Source: an uncultured Candidatus Binatia bacterium (lineage in GTDB: Bacteria; Desulfobacterota; Binatia; UBA9968; CAXXLF01). Taken from it: a stretch of DNA of 64,000 nt. Numbering within the stretch: position 1 is the first letter of the stretch; each line of letters begins with the position of its first letter. Shown here one piece after another: positions 21,645 to 31,872 of this stretch. The notes beneath the pieces were generated by a model. That model saw only the letters and a program-made list of their open reading frames with translations. It had not been told where the DNA came from and searched no databases. The stretch is taken from assembly GCA_965218425.1 (NCBI GenBank), contig OZ244621.1:2976001-3040000 (forward strand), given 5' to 3'. The position numbers and the translations under genes were made by a program.

Positions 21645-22667
21645 GTGAAGAAAAAGGAATACCGTGTTGCAGTGGTGGGAGCCACAGGGGCTGTTGGGGA
21701 ACAGATCCGCGAGGTCTTGGAAGAGCGGCTCTTCCCTGTCGAAGAGCTTCGACTCTTGGCATCCAAGAAATCTGCGGGCCGCACGCTCCCGTTCCGCCGC
21801 AAGAACGTTTGTGTGATGGAACTACGGGAGGACTCGTTTCAAGACATGGACTTGGCCCTTTTTTCGGCGGGCGGGGATGTCAGCGCCAAGTTCGCCCCTC
21901 TAGCGGCTGAAGCGGGTGCGGTTGTGGTGGACAATACTTCCCGCTTCCGCATGGATGCCGATATCCCCCTGGTGGTGCCCGAGGTCAACGCCAACGATAT
22001 CGCCCTATACAGGAATCGAGGGATCGTGGCGAACCCCAATTGCTCCACTATTCAAATGGTGGTTGCACTAAAACCCATTTATGATGCCGTTGGCATCCGA
22101 AGAGTGGTGGTTTCCTCTTATCAGTCGGTATCCGGTGCCGGCAGAATGGCCATGGAAGAACTGAGCCGACAGTCCATTGCCCTGTTCAATGGGCGGGAGC
22201 TCACAAAAGAAAAATTCCCTCATCAGATCGCGTTCAACTGCATCCCCCATATCGACGCCTTTTTGGACAATGGTTACACCAAGGAAGAAATGAAGATGGT
22301 CAATGAGACCCGTAAGATTCTCAATGATCCTTCCATAGGCATGACAGCCACGGCGGTGCGAGTTCCGGTCTTCTGCGGCCACTCGGAGTCCGTGAATGTG
22401 GAAACGGAGAGAAAATTGACAGTGGATGAAGTCAAGGATCTCCTCCGGAAGTCGCCGGGGATCCTTCTCTGTGATGATCCGGAGGCGGAGGTTTATCCCA
22501 TGGCGATCGATACGGTGGGGCAGGATGCGACCATGGTGGGGCGGGTCCGGGAGGATGATTCAGTTCCCAACGGTATAAACCTCTGGATTGTGGCCGACAA
22601 CCTTCGCAAAGGCGCTGCCTTGAACGCCGTGCAAATCGCCGAGATCTTGATCAGGGACCATCTCTGA
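21645..22667 (+). CDS. asd: Aspartate-semialdehyde dehydrogenase
   Basis: VVGATGAVG, ANPNCST, SYQSVSGAG, DNLRKGAALNAVQ; start placed at GTG 21645. Confidence 0.96.
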   Translation: MKKKEYRVAVVGATGAVGEQIREVLEERLFPVEELRLLASKKSAGRTLPFRRKNVCVMELREDSFQDMDLALFSAGGDVSAKFAPLAAEAGAVVVDNTSRFRMDADIPLVVPEVNANDIALYRNRGIVANPNCSTIQMVVALKPIYDAVGIRRVVVSSYQSVSGAGRMAMEELSRQSIALFNGRELTKEKFPHQIAFNCIPHIDAFLDNGYTKEEMKMVNETRKILNDPSIGMTATAVRVPVFCGHSESVNVETERKLTVDEVKDLLRKSPGILLCDDPEAEVYPMAIDTVGQDATMVGRVREDDSVPNGINLWIVADNLRKGAALNAVQIAEILIRDHL

Positions 22668-22807
22668 GCCAAGAGTTTCTACGGGGTACACCCCCATACC
22701 CCTCACCGGTAATCCTTTTCATTAAACGTCAGGTCTGCAGCGGAGATCCATGGGGTATCTAAGAGGCCTGTTGTCAAGTCTACATCCAGTGAACTATCCT
22801 GTGAATT

Positions 22808-23539
22808 ATGAACATCAAGCTCACCATAGAGTACGATGGAACGGATTATCATGGCTGGCAGGTTCAATCCAATGGTAAGACCATTCAGGAGGTATTGGAG
22901 CACGCTCTGAGTGAGATCCTCCGTGAAAATGTTCGGCTCAACGGCTCAGGTCGCACCGATGCTGGGGTCCATGCCCTGGGACAGGTGGCCAACTTTATCT
23001 GTAACCGTGAAATAGATCTCTGGAGACTGCAAAGAGGGCTCAACGGATTGACCTCCGCGGACATCGTGGTGAAAAACGTGGAATCGGTTTCCGATACCTT
23101 CGATGCCAGACGCGATGCGCGTAAGCGAGTTTATGAATATAGAATTTGGAACCACCCCTGGCCCTCGGTCTTTGACCGCCGATTTTCATACCATATGCAC
23201 CATCCTCTTGACCTGTCAGCCATGGTGGATTCCATTAAAGTTCTGGAAGGGGAGCATGATTTTTCGTCCTTTCAGGCTTCGGGATGTGACGCGGCTCGCC
23301 CCGTACGGAGGGTCTACCGTAACGCCCTGGAGACGAGGGGAGATTTCCTTGTTTACCGCATCGAGGCAAGCGCCTATTTGAGGCATATGGTACGTAACAT
23401 CGTGGGCACCTTCATGGAAGTGGGTCGAGGGGAGCGTCGTCCCACCGAAATGGCTGGGCTCCTCAGTGCCAAAGACCGAACAAAAGCGGGTCCCACCGCA
23501 CCCCCCCAAGGTTTGTTTCTTGTTGAAGTGGAGTATTAA
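22808..23539 (+). CDS. truA: tRNA pseudouridine(38-40) synthase
   Basis: YDGTDYHGWQ, GRTDAGVHA, HMVRNIVG, TAPPQGL. Confidence 0.97.
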   Translation: MNIKLTIEYDGTDYHGWQVQSNGKTIQEVLEHALSEILRENVRLNGSGRTDAGVHALGQVANFICNREIDLWRLQRGLNGLTSADIVVKNVESVSDTFDARRDARKRVYEYRIWNHPWPSVFDRRFSYHMHHPLDLSAMVDSIKVLEGEHDFSSFQASGCDAARPVRRVYRNALETRGDFLVYRIEASAYLRHMVRNIVGTFMEVGRGERRPTEMAGLLSAKDRTKAGPTAPPQGLFLVEVEY

Positions 23540-23874
23540 ATCGGAGAAAGATCACTCGCGCGAAGACGCAAAGCGACTCATTAGTGACGGGTGCTGAGGG
23601 CTGAGTGAAGAGGGATGAGAATCGAGAATGGAGGATTGAAGATCGAAATAGGGCTGAAAGAGAGATCCGGACGCTATGCGCTGTGCTATTTGCCATTTTT
23701 CGCCTGCGAGAATCGGCGAAAATCCGCGGTTAAGTTATCGGAAGGTCAGTCGTCTGCGTTGATCTGAGGCTGATGACTCTTTGCGCACTGGGTGTCTTGG
23801 CGCCGAAAGCTTTGTTGTAAAAGTAAGCCGCGGCTGGATTCAACTCTTAGGGTCCTAACTGAGGTTTCCCAAAC

Positions 23875-25053
23875 ATGAGGAAGATTCTCCTCGTATTTGC
23901 CACCCTTGTTGTTTTTCTCGTGGCGGTCTTTTTCGCTCAACTCCGTTTAGGGTTCGTGAGCGCACTTTTCATTTGGGATTTTCTGGAGCAAAACGGGGAA
24001 AAGAAACCCCATAGTATGGCCTTGTCTTGGGTAAGCTCAAACCCAACAGTCAGTCGTTTGTCCCTCCCTGTAGGGGACAGAGAGATTAAGGCCGACCTCT
24101 ATTACGTTCAAGACAAGGAAAAAAGGGCCGCCATCCTCCTGACTCACGGAATCATTGCAACCGGCAAGGACGATCCCCGTCTCGTTCGCTTTGCCTCCTC
24201 ACTGGCAAGGGCCGGGTTTATTGTCCTGATCCCTGAAATAAAAGGAATGAAGTCTCTTCGCCTCCTTCTTAGCGATGTGGATGACATCGTTGCCTCATTC
24301 CGCTTTCTCGCTTCTCTGGGTGATCAAGTGGACGTAGACAAAATGGGACTTCTGGGTTTCAGCCTCGGTGCAGGGCCCACCGCGATGGCAGCATCTCACC
24401 CCTCAGTTCGGTCCCAGGTAGAATTTCTCGTCTTGTTTGGTGGTTATTTTGATCCGATCAATGTGATCCGTTTTGTCACCACTGGTTCTTACGAGTATCG
24501 GGGCGAGGAGGGAAAGCACAAACCAGAGCCCTATGGGAAAAAGGTCTTTTTTCTCAACAACCTGGATTATGTGGAGAGCGAGCAGGATCAAAGAACCCTA
24601 AAGGAAATCTTTACCGACGAAGCCTTGAAAAGGAATAAGACGACGAAGGAATTTCGTCCTCTGCTTCGTCCACTCAGTCCAGAGGGGTTGGCCCTTTATG
24701 AGCTTTTAATCAATGAGGATCCGAAACGGGTGGAAGGGCTTATCCGGAGAACGGATCGGAGGTTTCAGGATTATCTCGACCAGATATCGATGGTTCGGGT
24801 CATTCCCTCGGTAGAAGCCCATCTGATCATTGGCCATGGAACCAGTGATCCTCTTGTGCCCTACACGGAAAGCCTCAGGCTAGCAGACGCGGTGAAAGAT
24901 AAAGGCAAAGTTCATCTTGCGATCCTAAACCTCTTTGCCCACGTGGATCCCTCCCAAAAGAGATACTCCATCAAGGATTATTTAACCGTCCATCTCCCTT
25001 CCATATTTCATTTCTATTTGCTGATTTACGACCTCCTGAGCCAGCAGCATTGA
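23875..25053 (+). CDS. Membrane-anchored or exported alpha/beta hydrolase
   Basis: N-terminal hydrophobic helix, LTHG, nucleophile elbow GFSLG, HGTSDPLVP, later His (FAHV). Confidence 0.75.
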   Translation: MRKILLVFATLVVFLVAVFFAQLRLGFVSALFIWDFLEQNGEKKPHSMALSWVSSNPTVSRLSLPVGDREIKADLYYVQDKEKRAAILLTHGIIATGKDDPRLVRFASSLARAGFIVLIPEIKGMKSLRLLLSDVDDIVASFRFLASLGDQVDVDKMGLLGFSLGAGPTAMAASHPSVRSQVEFLVLFGGYFDPINVIRFVTTGSYEYRGEEGKHKPEPYGKKVFFLNNLDYVESEQDQRTLKEIFTDEALKRNKTTKEFRPLLRPLSPEGLALYELLINEDPKRVEGLIRRTDRRFQDYLDQISMVRVIPSVEAHLIIGHGTSDPLVPYTESLRLADAVKDKGKVHLAILNLFAHVDPSQKRYSIKDYLTVHLPSIFHFYLLIYDLLSQQH

Positions 25054-25284
25054 ATGGGCTCGGTGACACCCGGCTCTTCCCTTCGGAGTCGCGAAAAAAT
25101 CCACCTGTTTGGACATTCACAGTCCAATCTGTGGCTGTAGTTGACGCCCACGTGGGCAAAATTTCCTGGGTAGGATTCTTGCATCCATTTCACAGTAATC
25201 CAAGGGGCACTCTACGTTACTTTAGAGTACTGTTTGTCATAGATTGGAGTAATTACGTAGCGTTGGAATAAGGAGGAAGGTCCG

Positions 25285-25383
25285 ATGATGGTACGATACA
25301 AAAGTGGTTTTATACCGCTAGGCATGGGAGCGGTTCTCACCGCTCTGGTTGTTTCTAGCTGCACTACCATCGATAGCGACTGA
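25285..25383 (+). CDS. 32-aa ORF made up almost entirely of a lipoprotein signal peptide (mini-lipoprotein or truncated gene)
   Basis: AAGGAGG RBS; MMVRYKSGFIPLGMGAVLTALVVSSCTTIDSD-stop; lipobox VSSC. Confidence 0.45.
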   Translation: MMVRYKSGFIPLGMGAVLTALVVSSCTTIDSD

Positions 25384-25605
25384 CAAAAAAGGACAAGCAA
25401 AGTCAAAATTTGTGATTTATGGTAATGAGTTCCGATTGCCACGTGGCGCAGGCTTTCCTTAAAAGCTGATCTCCTGACTTTTCCAGTGAAAATCTCCCGG
25501 TGTTACGGTAAGGTTCCTCCGAATCGAGGATGCTATCTCGCAAATGGGCGGAGTTCCCGGGGAGTTCCCGGGTGTCGGCGGAGGCTGGCTTCGGGTGCGT
25601 TTGTT

Positions 25606-26667
25606 CTAACTGAAAAGCTGGAGCTGGTTGTTTAGCGGTGATCTGAATGCCGCCGTCGAAAGCGTTGGTCGTTTGCCGGATATCCCCGCTCTGCGACAGG
25701 CCGCGGAGAAAAGTGAGGCTATCTGATCAGCGAAAATTCCTTCACCTTTCATCCGTGTTTTAAACCTGGGATCGTTCAAGTGACCGCCACGAATGGCACG
25801 GATTCGGTTCAACACTTTTTCCTTCCTATCCGGGAAATGCTCAGTCAACCAATCCTCGAAAAGTTTCTTGACGGCATGGGGGAGTCTCAAGATCACATAG
25901 TTTGCAGACTTTGCTCCAGCCGCCGTCGCGGCTTTTACGATTGAGGGCAGTTCATGGTCGGTGAGTCCCGGGATCACCGGAGCTACCATGACACCAGTTG
26001 GGATACCGGCTCCACTGAGAATGCGGATTGCGTCGAGACGTCGAGCAGGCTGCGAGGCGCGAGGCTCCATATGGCGAGCTAAGCTGCTGTCCAGTGTGGT
26101 GATGGATAGAAACACGGCCGCCGTGTTGTGCAGGGCTAGCTCTCCTAGCAGGTCAAGGTCGCGTGTCACCAGATGGTTCTTGGTGATTATGATCACCGGG
26201 TTTCGGAACTCGGCCAATACCTTGAGGCAACTCCGGGTGAGCTTCAGGTGTCGCTCACCCGGTTGATACGGATCCGTCACTCCGCTGATAGCGAGGACCT
26301 GGGGTTTCCAATGTTTCGATGACAGTTCCCGTCGAAGCAGTTCTGCAGCGGCTCCCTTCACCAGGATATTCGTTTCGAAATCGAGACCTGCGGAAAAGCC
26401 CAGATACTCATGGCTTGGGCGGGCGTAGCAGTAGATACACCCATGCTCGCAACCCCGATAGGGATTGATGCTTGCATCGAAACCCACGTCTGGGCTGTCG
26501 TTGGTGGTTATGATGGAATGGGAAGTGTCCTTGCGAAAGTGCGTGTTGGGTTTTGGATCGTCCGGGCGGGATTGGCCGTGGTCGGGGACAGACCAAAGGG
26601 TTTCGAACCGATTGGGCGGGTTGTCACGGGCTCCCCGGCCATGGATTGGGTGTTGCTTTGCTGCCAT
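25606..26667 (-). CDS. PA0069/Rv2578c-family radical SAM protein (SplB-like)
   Basis: SINPYRGCEHGCIYCYARPSH (CxxxCxxC), TDPYQP, C-terminal QLQLF. Confidence 0.88.
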   Translation of the reverse strand: MAAKQHPIHGRGARDNPPNRFETLWSVPDHGQSRPDDPKPNTHFRKDTSHSIITTNDSPDVGFDASINPYRGCEHGCIYCYARPSHEYLGFSAGLDFETNILVKGAAAELLRRELSSKHWKPQVLAISGVTDPYQPGERHLKLTRSCLKVLAEFRNPVIIITKNHLVTRDLDLLGELALHNTAAVFLSITTLDSSLARHMEPRASQPARRLDAIRILSGAGIPTGVMVAPVIPGLTDHELPSIVKAATAAGAKSANYVILRLPHAVKKLFEDWLTEHFPDRKEKVLNRIRAIRGGHLNDPRFKTRMKGEGIFADQIASLFSAACRRAGISGKRPTLSTAAFRSPLNNQLQLFS

Positions 26668-26840
26668 TGATTGACTCGGTAAAATATTCGCTTAATCTTC
26701 GTCTAATACCAGGGGAATGTCAAGGGATTTTCGGTCCAAAGAATCGCTCCCTGAAAAGTGGCGGAGATAAGGCTCGGGGGCTCGCCCCTCAGCGGGAGCC
26801 GATGGGCCGCTGCCTCGAGACCCCGTCGATGTGATCCGGT

Positions 26841-27025
26841 ATGCCGTTGTGACTTGAAACTCCAGTATCGGACGTCTCCCTTTCTTCGGTGCAAGCCCCC
26901 TTCGCCCTAAAACCGCAGGTCGACGAGGGGGAGCAAGGATGAAGGGCGTGGGCATCGAACGCGTAGCTTCAAATATTCACAAGTTTATTGCCCACGACCT
27001 GAGCACTCGTTCCCTGAAGAGGACC
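26841..27025. repeat. Copy 1 of a ~180-bp dispersed intergenic element
   Basis: Colinear with 34746-34926; identical cores CTCCAGTATCGGACGTCTCCCT and CGTGGGCATCGAACG. Confidence 0.75.
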
Positions 27026-27183
27026 ATTGCTCGTGGGCCTGTCTGTTCGATTGAGCTCGGTTCGAAGCTTTCAGCGGGAGCGGACGGTGTGCTGTTGGAA
27101 TCCCAGATGAGAATATAATAGATTAAAAAATTCATTGAGCTGAACTCAAAGAAGCCGATCTATACCGATAGGATCAACAGGTC

Positions 27184-27891
27184 GTGAGTCTAAAAGATAA
27201 GGTTGCTTTAATTACCGGAGGTGGACGTGGGATCGGAAAGGCGGTGGCTCTTGCCTACGCCCGCGAGGGGGCGAAGCTAGCGATTTGTGCCCGAACCGAG
27301 GCCGAGGTTGAACGATCCGCAGAGAAGATCCGGGCCCTTGGATCGGAGTGCATTGGACTTGTTTGTGATGTTTCAGTGGAAGATTCGGTGGAGAGGATGA
27401 TGAAAAACCTGGAGAATCGTTTTGGCAGGGTGGATGTTTTGGTTAACAATGCTGGGGTGATGACCCGACCTGTCTCTTTGGCGCAGCTAGAGGTGAGAAA
27501 ATGGGACTATACATTAGCGGTGAATCTGCGGGGGAACTTCCTGGTGACCCGTATGGTTCTGCCGCTCATGTTTCGGCAAAAGACGGGTTCCATTATCAAT
27601 GTCTCTTCGACCATTGGGCGGGGCGCCTATGCCAATTTCGCAGCCTATGCCGTCTCTAAGTGGGGGATCGAGGGTCTCACTCAGACCCTGGCGGCGGAGG
27701 TCAAGTCCCATGGGATCCGTGTGAACACGGTGGATCCAGGCTATGTCGCGACCAAACTCACTGGATACACGGGGAGCGCGCCAGAATCGGTTACAGAGGT
27801 TTTTGTCTTCCTGGCCAGTGACGAGTCCTGTGCATTGAGTGCAAGGATGTTGAGTTCGTCCAACTGGAAATCTCAGATCAAGCAAAAGTAG
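27184..27891 (+). CDS. Short-chain dehydrogenase/reductase
   Basis: TGGGRGIG, NNAG, YAVSK. Confidence 0.9.
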   Translation: MSLKDKVALITGGGRGIGKAVALAYAREGAKLAICARTEAEVERSAEKIRALGSECIGLVCDVSVEDSVERMMKNLENRFGRVDVLVNNAGVMTRPVSLAQLEVRKWDYTLAVNLRGNFLVTRMVLPLMFRQKTGSIINVSSTIGRGAYANFAAYAVSKWGIEGLTQTLAAEVKSHGIRVNTVDPGYVATKLTGYTGSAPESVTEVFVFLASDESCALSARMLSSSNWKSQIKQK

Positions 27892-27896
27892 CGGAT

Positions 27897-28133
27897 TTAC
27901 GACAGGCCCAAAAGCTCCTCGATCCTGGCCTGATCAAAGCCGATAACGGCATCTCCGTCGATAAGGGTGACGGGTGTGCTCTGGTACCCCATGCCGAGCA
28001 GCTCCTTCAGCGCCTGCTGATCCTCACGAACGTTCTTGTCCACGAATTCGACGCCCTTTTGAGAAAGAAACTCCTTCTCTGTGTTACAGGGCCCTCACCC
28101 CGGTTGGCTAAATACGATCACTGATTTGGCCAT
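27897..28133 (-). CDS. Glutaredoxin/NrdH-like redoxin, probable selenoprotein (U-G-P-C), 78 aa
   Basis: Hand translation MAKSVIVFSQPG-UGA-GPCNTEKEFLSQKGVEFVDKNVREDQQALKELLGMGYQSTPVTLIDGDAVIGFDQARIEELLGLS; AAGGGGG RBS; cis-Pro motif STP and IGFD motif downstream of the UGA. Confidence 0.85.
28053..28094 (-). promoter_or_regulatory. Putative bacterial SECIS hairpin immediately 3' of the in-frame UGA
   Basis: Upper stem GAGAAGGA/UCUUUCUC with a G-starting loop 23 nt after UGA; lower stem GCCCU/AGGGC. Confidence 0.6.
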
Positions 28134-28491
28134 GGCCGTTTCCCCCTTAATTATGATACCGGAGGCACTCTAGCCCCGATCCAATTAAATTGCCAGTCCA
28201 AAAGGAGGGCCTGACCCGCGGAACCTTAAGCCGGCCAAGTCCCTGAATGAGCCCCTCCGGGCCGTTGGGAGCCCGCCTGACTGGTCACATTTGCTGACTT
28301 CGCGCACAAAGTCGGTTTTCGAGTTATCCTCTGAGATTGGTTCGGCTCGGAGCTGGCAGATCGCCGGAAAACCGACAAATCTCCACGAAAATTCGGAATC
28401 TATTGTATCCCCTGACAGTGGCTTTGTGGTATCCTGATCTTTAAAGAGCAAAGGATTCTATTGTGCGATTGAGGCAAGGAGGGTAGGACCT

Positions 28492-29100
28492 ATGATGAGG
28501 CTTTATCATTTTCCAACTTCAACCAATTCCCGGAAGGTGCGGATTACCCTGATAGAGAAGGGGTTGGAATTCGAGCGGGTTAAAATTGATCTAACAAAGA
28601 AAGAGCATAAAAATCCTGATTATTTGAAAATACATCCTTTCGGCCAGGTGCCGGCATTGGATGACCACGGATTCATTGTTTATGATTCAACCATTATCAA
28701 TGAATACCTTGAGGACGAGTATCCACATCCACCTCTTATGCCAGAAGATTCCGACGGTAGGGCTCGGGCCCGCATGATGGAAGATTTTCGAGACAATCAT
28801 TTTAATCCCCCATTCTTGGAACTCATTCACGAGGTTGCTTATAAAACCGAGCAAGAAAGAGACGCAAGAGTGGTTGAGAGGTCCAAGGCGAAAATCATTG
28901 TTTGCTTTGATCGTATTGAGACGGAATTGGAAGGCCGGGAATATCTGGCCGGGACCTTTAGCCTCGCCGATATCGCTTTCATGCCCAACGTTGCTCTCAT
29001 AGAGCGCTTCGATATCCCCGTTGATCCTAAGTTGACCAATATGCTCGCCTGGATGGCGCGTCTTAAGTCCAGGTCGAGCTTTGCGAAATCTGCTACATAA
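28492..29100 (+). CDS. Glutathione S-transferase family protein
   Basis: STNSRKVRI, HPFGQVPAL, DSTIINEYL, FSLADIA. Confidence 0.92.
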   Translation: MMRLYHFPTSTNSRKVRITLIEKGLEFERVKIDLTKKEHKNPDYLKIHPFGQVPALDDHGFIVYDSTIINEYLEDEYPHPPLMPEDSDGRARARMMEDFRDNHFNPPFLELIHEVAYKTEQERDARVVERSKAKIIVCFDRIETELEGREYLAGTFSLADIAFMPNVALIERFDIPVDPKLTNMLAWMARLKSRSSFAKSAT

Positions 29101-29115
29101 AGCAGTGAGATCAGG

Positions 29116-29811
29116 TTGAGCATCCTCACTGCCTGGCTGGTTCACTTCTATACTGCGCTTGGGGCCCTTCTAGCGTTGGTGGCCCTTTTCTTTGCTCGAG
29201 AGGCAAATTTCCAGGCGGTCTGTTGGCTCATGGCCCTTGCGGTCTTCATAGATGCCACAGACGGAACCTTGGCCCGCAGCTTCCGTGTGAAAGAGATCCT
29301 TCCCTGGTTTGATGGCGACCGCCTGGACGATATCGTAGACTATCTCAACTATGTTCTCGTGCCCTGTGTTTTTATGATGGAGGCCCGACTCCTTCCGGAG
29401 CGTGATTCCCTTTGGTTGGCAGGGCTTCCACTTCTTGCCAGTGCGTATGGATTTTGCCACAAAGAGGCTAAATCCGCAGATCACTTTTTTCTCGGCTTTC
29501 CTTCCTATTGGAACGTTGTGGCTTTCTACTTCTTTGTTCTTAGAACCCCACTTTGGGTCAATGGTTTTTTGGTTATCTTCTTTTCCGCTCTGGTTTTCGT
29601 CCCTATCAAGTATCTCTATCCAAGCCGTAGCCCCATCCTTCGCCGTCTTACAGTCACCCTAGGCGCCCTCTGGGGGATCCTGGTCCTGCTAATAATTTAC
29701 AGTCTTCCTGAGCCCTCCACGTTTCTAGTTTTCTGCTCCTTATACTTTCCCACCTATTATCTGCTGATGTCGTTTTGGCTGGAAATCGCAAGGCGCAGCT
29801 CCGCATTCTAG
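29116..29811 (+). CDS. pcs: CDP-alcohol phosphatidyltransferase, phosphatidylcholine synthase-like
   Basis: AWLVHFYTALG, IDATDGTLAR...DGDRLDDIVDYLNYV, FLGFPSYWN. Confidence 0.75.
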   Translation: MSILTAWLVHFYTALGALLALVALFFAREANFQAVCWLMALAVFIDATDGTLARSFRVKEILPWFDGDRLDDIVDYLNYVLVPCVFMMEARLLPERDSLWLAGLPLLASAYGFCHKEAKSADHFFLGFPSYWNVVAFYFFVLRTPLWVNGFLVIFFSALVFVPIKYLYPSRSPILRRLTVTLGALWGILVLLIIYSLPEPSTFLVFCSLYFPTYYLLMSFWLEIARRSSAF

Positions 29812-29881
29812 CAACCGAGAATTCCCAATCAGGCCCTTTGCTTAGTCAAGTGTCATCGGCTAGAATCTAGCCCACCACTGG

Positions 29882-31345
29882 TTGGAGGGAAACATGAGCT
29901 GGACCATGCAAAGAAGAGCATCCAGGCTTCGACTTTCGGTTGCTGTGCTGGTGGGCACTCTAGTTTTAAGCCCCTTTCGTAGCGATACCGCTGAACTGTT
30001 CGAATCGAGCAGGCCAAAATTTATCTTTATATTTTTAGCGGATGGGGCGGGGATCAATCACCTTGAAGTCACGCGAATATACAACGAGCATGTTCATAAT
30101 AAAGGGTTTAATATTACGGATCGAGTATTCAACGAGGGATACCTTGGTTTCCTGACAACCCACTCTGCGGATTCGCTTGCCTCGGATTCCACGGCTTCAG
30201 CCACTGCCCTTGCGAACGGATGTAAGGCCAACAATCGAGTGGTGGGGATGTGTGCTAACGGTTACAAGTCTGCATCCGTGCTGGAGGTGGCAAGGGGACA
30301 AGGAATGAAAGTTGGAATCGTAACGAATTCAAAAGTCTATGATGCGACCATTGCCGCCTTCAGCACCCATGTCCTTAGTAGAAACTACTATGACGAGATC
30401 TGTGATGCATTTTTAGGCCTCGAACCGGACGTTCTAATGGGTGGTGGGAGGGATCGTTTCCTGCCAAAAGGTGTTGCAGGCAGTCGGAGGAAGGATGACA
30501 AGAATGTCATCCGGCTGTTTAAGGAGAAAGGCTATACCTACGTCTCCGATAAAAAGGGTCTTGAGGAGTCGAACGGATCCAAAGTCCTGGGACTGTTCAG
30601 TTTGGGGGATATGAGCCTGGAAATGGATCGTAAGAAAGACCAGGAGCCTTCCGTCTTTGACATGACCCGAAAGGCTCTGAATATACTTCAAAGGAATTCG
30701 GATAATGGCTTTGTTCTGCTTGTGGAGACTGAAAACATTGACAATGCCTCTCACCAGTCGGATGTGGCTTCTCTAATCCATGATCTTCGCGAGTTCGACG
30801 GCGCTGTGGGCCATGCCTATGATTTCTATCTGAAGCACCCGCGAGAGACCCTCATACTTGTCACCTCCGACCACGAAACCGGCGGGCTTGCCTTTACGAG
30901 GGCTGCCAGTCGAGTAAAAAAGTCGAAAAAAGGCCGCGCCCGGCGGTTTAATCCCACTGTAAAGAGCCTGGAAAAAATCCATGGGATTCCCATATCCATT
31001 AATCGCGCGCTGAAGATACTGGGAAAGCGGCCCACTTCCGAAGATGTGGATAGGCTCATGGCGGAACAATACAAGGGATTCCATCTTGCTCCCGAGCTCA
31101 AAGAAGCGCTGATCACAAAAAGAAAGTCCCTTGGCCCCACATTTTATTCCAGGATAAGGGGTGCCGCGCTAGGAGCCATGGTGGCCGACAATACCCAAGC
31201 CTACTGGCTCGGCCGCGGTCATACCAATCAACCCGTTTTTGTGGGAGCACTGGGTGCGGGGGCTCATCGTTTCAGCGGCTACCAGGACAACACGCGATTC
31301 GCCGGCCATCTGTTTTCAGTCCTTGGGGCCGAAGACCCGCCCTAG
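29882..31345 (+). CDS. phoA: Alkaline phosphatase (PhoA family), exported
   Basis: Signal peptide, FLADGAG, active-site DSTASATA, IDNASH, TSDHETGG, GHT; exact start uncertain. Confidence 0.85.
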   Translation: MEGNMSWTMQRRASRLRLSVAVLVGTLVLSPFRSDTAELFESSRPKFIFIFLADGAGINHLEVTRIYNEHVHNKGFNITDRVFNEGYLGFLTTHSADSLASDSTASATALANGCKANNRVVGMCANGYKSASVLEVARGQGMKVGIVTNSKVYDATIAAFSTHVLSRNYYDEICDAFLGLEPDVLMGGGRDRFLPKGVAGSRRKDDKNVIRLFKEKGYTYVSDKKGLEESNGSKVLGLFSLGDMSLEMDRKKDQEPSVFDMTRKALNILQRNSDNGFVLLVETENIDNASHQSDVASLIHDLREFDGAVGHAYDFYLKHPRETLILVTSDHETGGLAFTRAASRVKKSKKGRARRFNPTVKSLEKIHGIPISINRALKILGKRPTSEDVDRLMAEQYKGFHLAPELKEALITKRKSLGPTFYSRIRGAALGAMVADNTQAYWLGRGHTNQPVFVGALGAGAHRFSGYQDNTRFAGHLFSVLGAEDPP

Positions 31346-31872
31346 GGCCGATTTTTTCCGCCTTCTTGGGCGGCCTCGAGAATGGATTGCGCGATGGCCG
31401 GGTAACACCCGCAGCGGCAAATATTTCCCTTCATCCATTCCGCAATTTGCTCATAACTAGGAGATGGGTTCTGAAGCAGGAGCGCCTTGGCCGCCATCAA
31501 CTGTCCAGGAGTGCAATACCCGCACTGGGCCCCTACGTTTCGGATAAACGCGGTCTGGAGTGGATCCAGGTGTTCCCCAACGGCTAAACCTTCGATGGTG
31601 GTGACGGATCGTTGATGCGCTTCGAAGGCCAGATAACTACAGGAGCTGATGGGCTGGCCATCCACCAGGACCGTGCAAGCCCCACACACCTGGGATTCAC
31701 AGGAACGCTTGGTGCCCGTGAGCCCCACCCGTTCCCTCAGGAAGTCCAGCAGAACTTCCTCTGCCGGCACCGGTCCACTCCACGGTTTCCCGTTGATGCT
31801 CAGCGATACCTCAATGGACTGAAGCGTCCCGAGGTCGTCCAATTTATCTTCCACGTCCCGATTCCCTTCCAC
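31342..31872 (-). CDS. Molybdo-hydroxylase [2Fe-2S] small subunit (CoxS/CutS-like)
   Basis: GTKRSCESQVCGACTV and QCGYCTPG...GNICRCGCY. Confidence 0.92.
   Translation of the reverse strand: MEGNRDVEDKLDDLGTLQSIEVSLSINGKPWSGPVPAEEVLLDFLRERVGLTGTKRSCESQVCGACTVLVDGQPISSCSYLAFEAHQRSVTTIEGLAVGEHLDPLQTAFIRNVGAQCGYCTPGQLMAAKALLLQNPSPSYEQIAEWMKGNICRCGCYPAIAQSILEAAQEGGKNRP

Noticed and set aside
23585..23615. GGGTGCTGAGGGCTGAG resembling the start of a TPP riboswitch
   Set aside because: The downstream conserved CCTGA...AATAC...GCG.AGG elements are missing; it fits the local short-period repeats instead.
28200..28290. GC-rich stretch upstream of the selenoprotein considered as tRNA-Sec or SRP RNA
   Set aside because: No cloverleaf with a UCA anticodon and no SRP GGAA-loop/AGCAG motif could be built on either strand.
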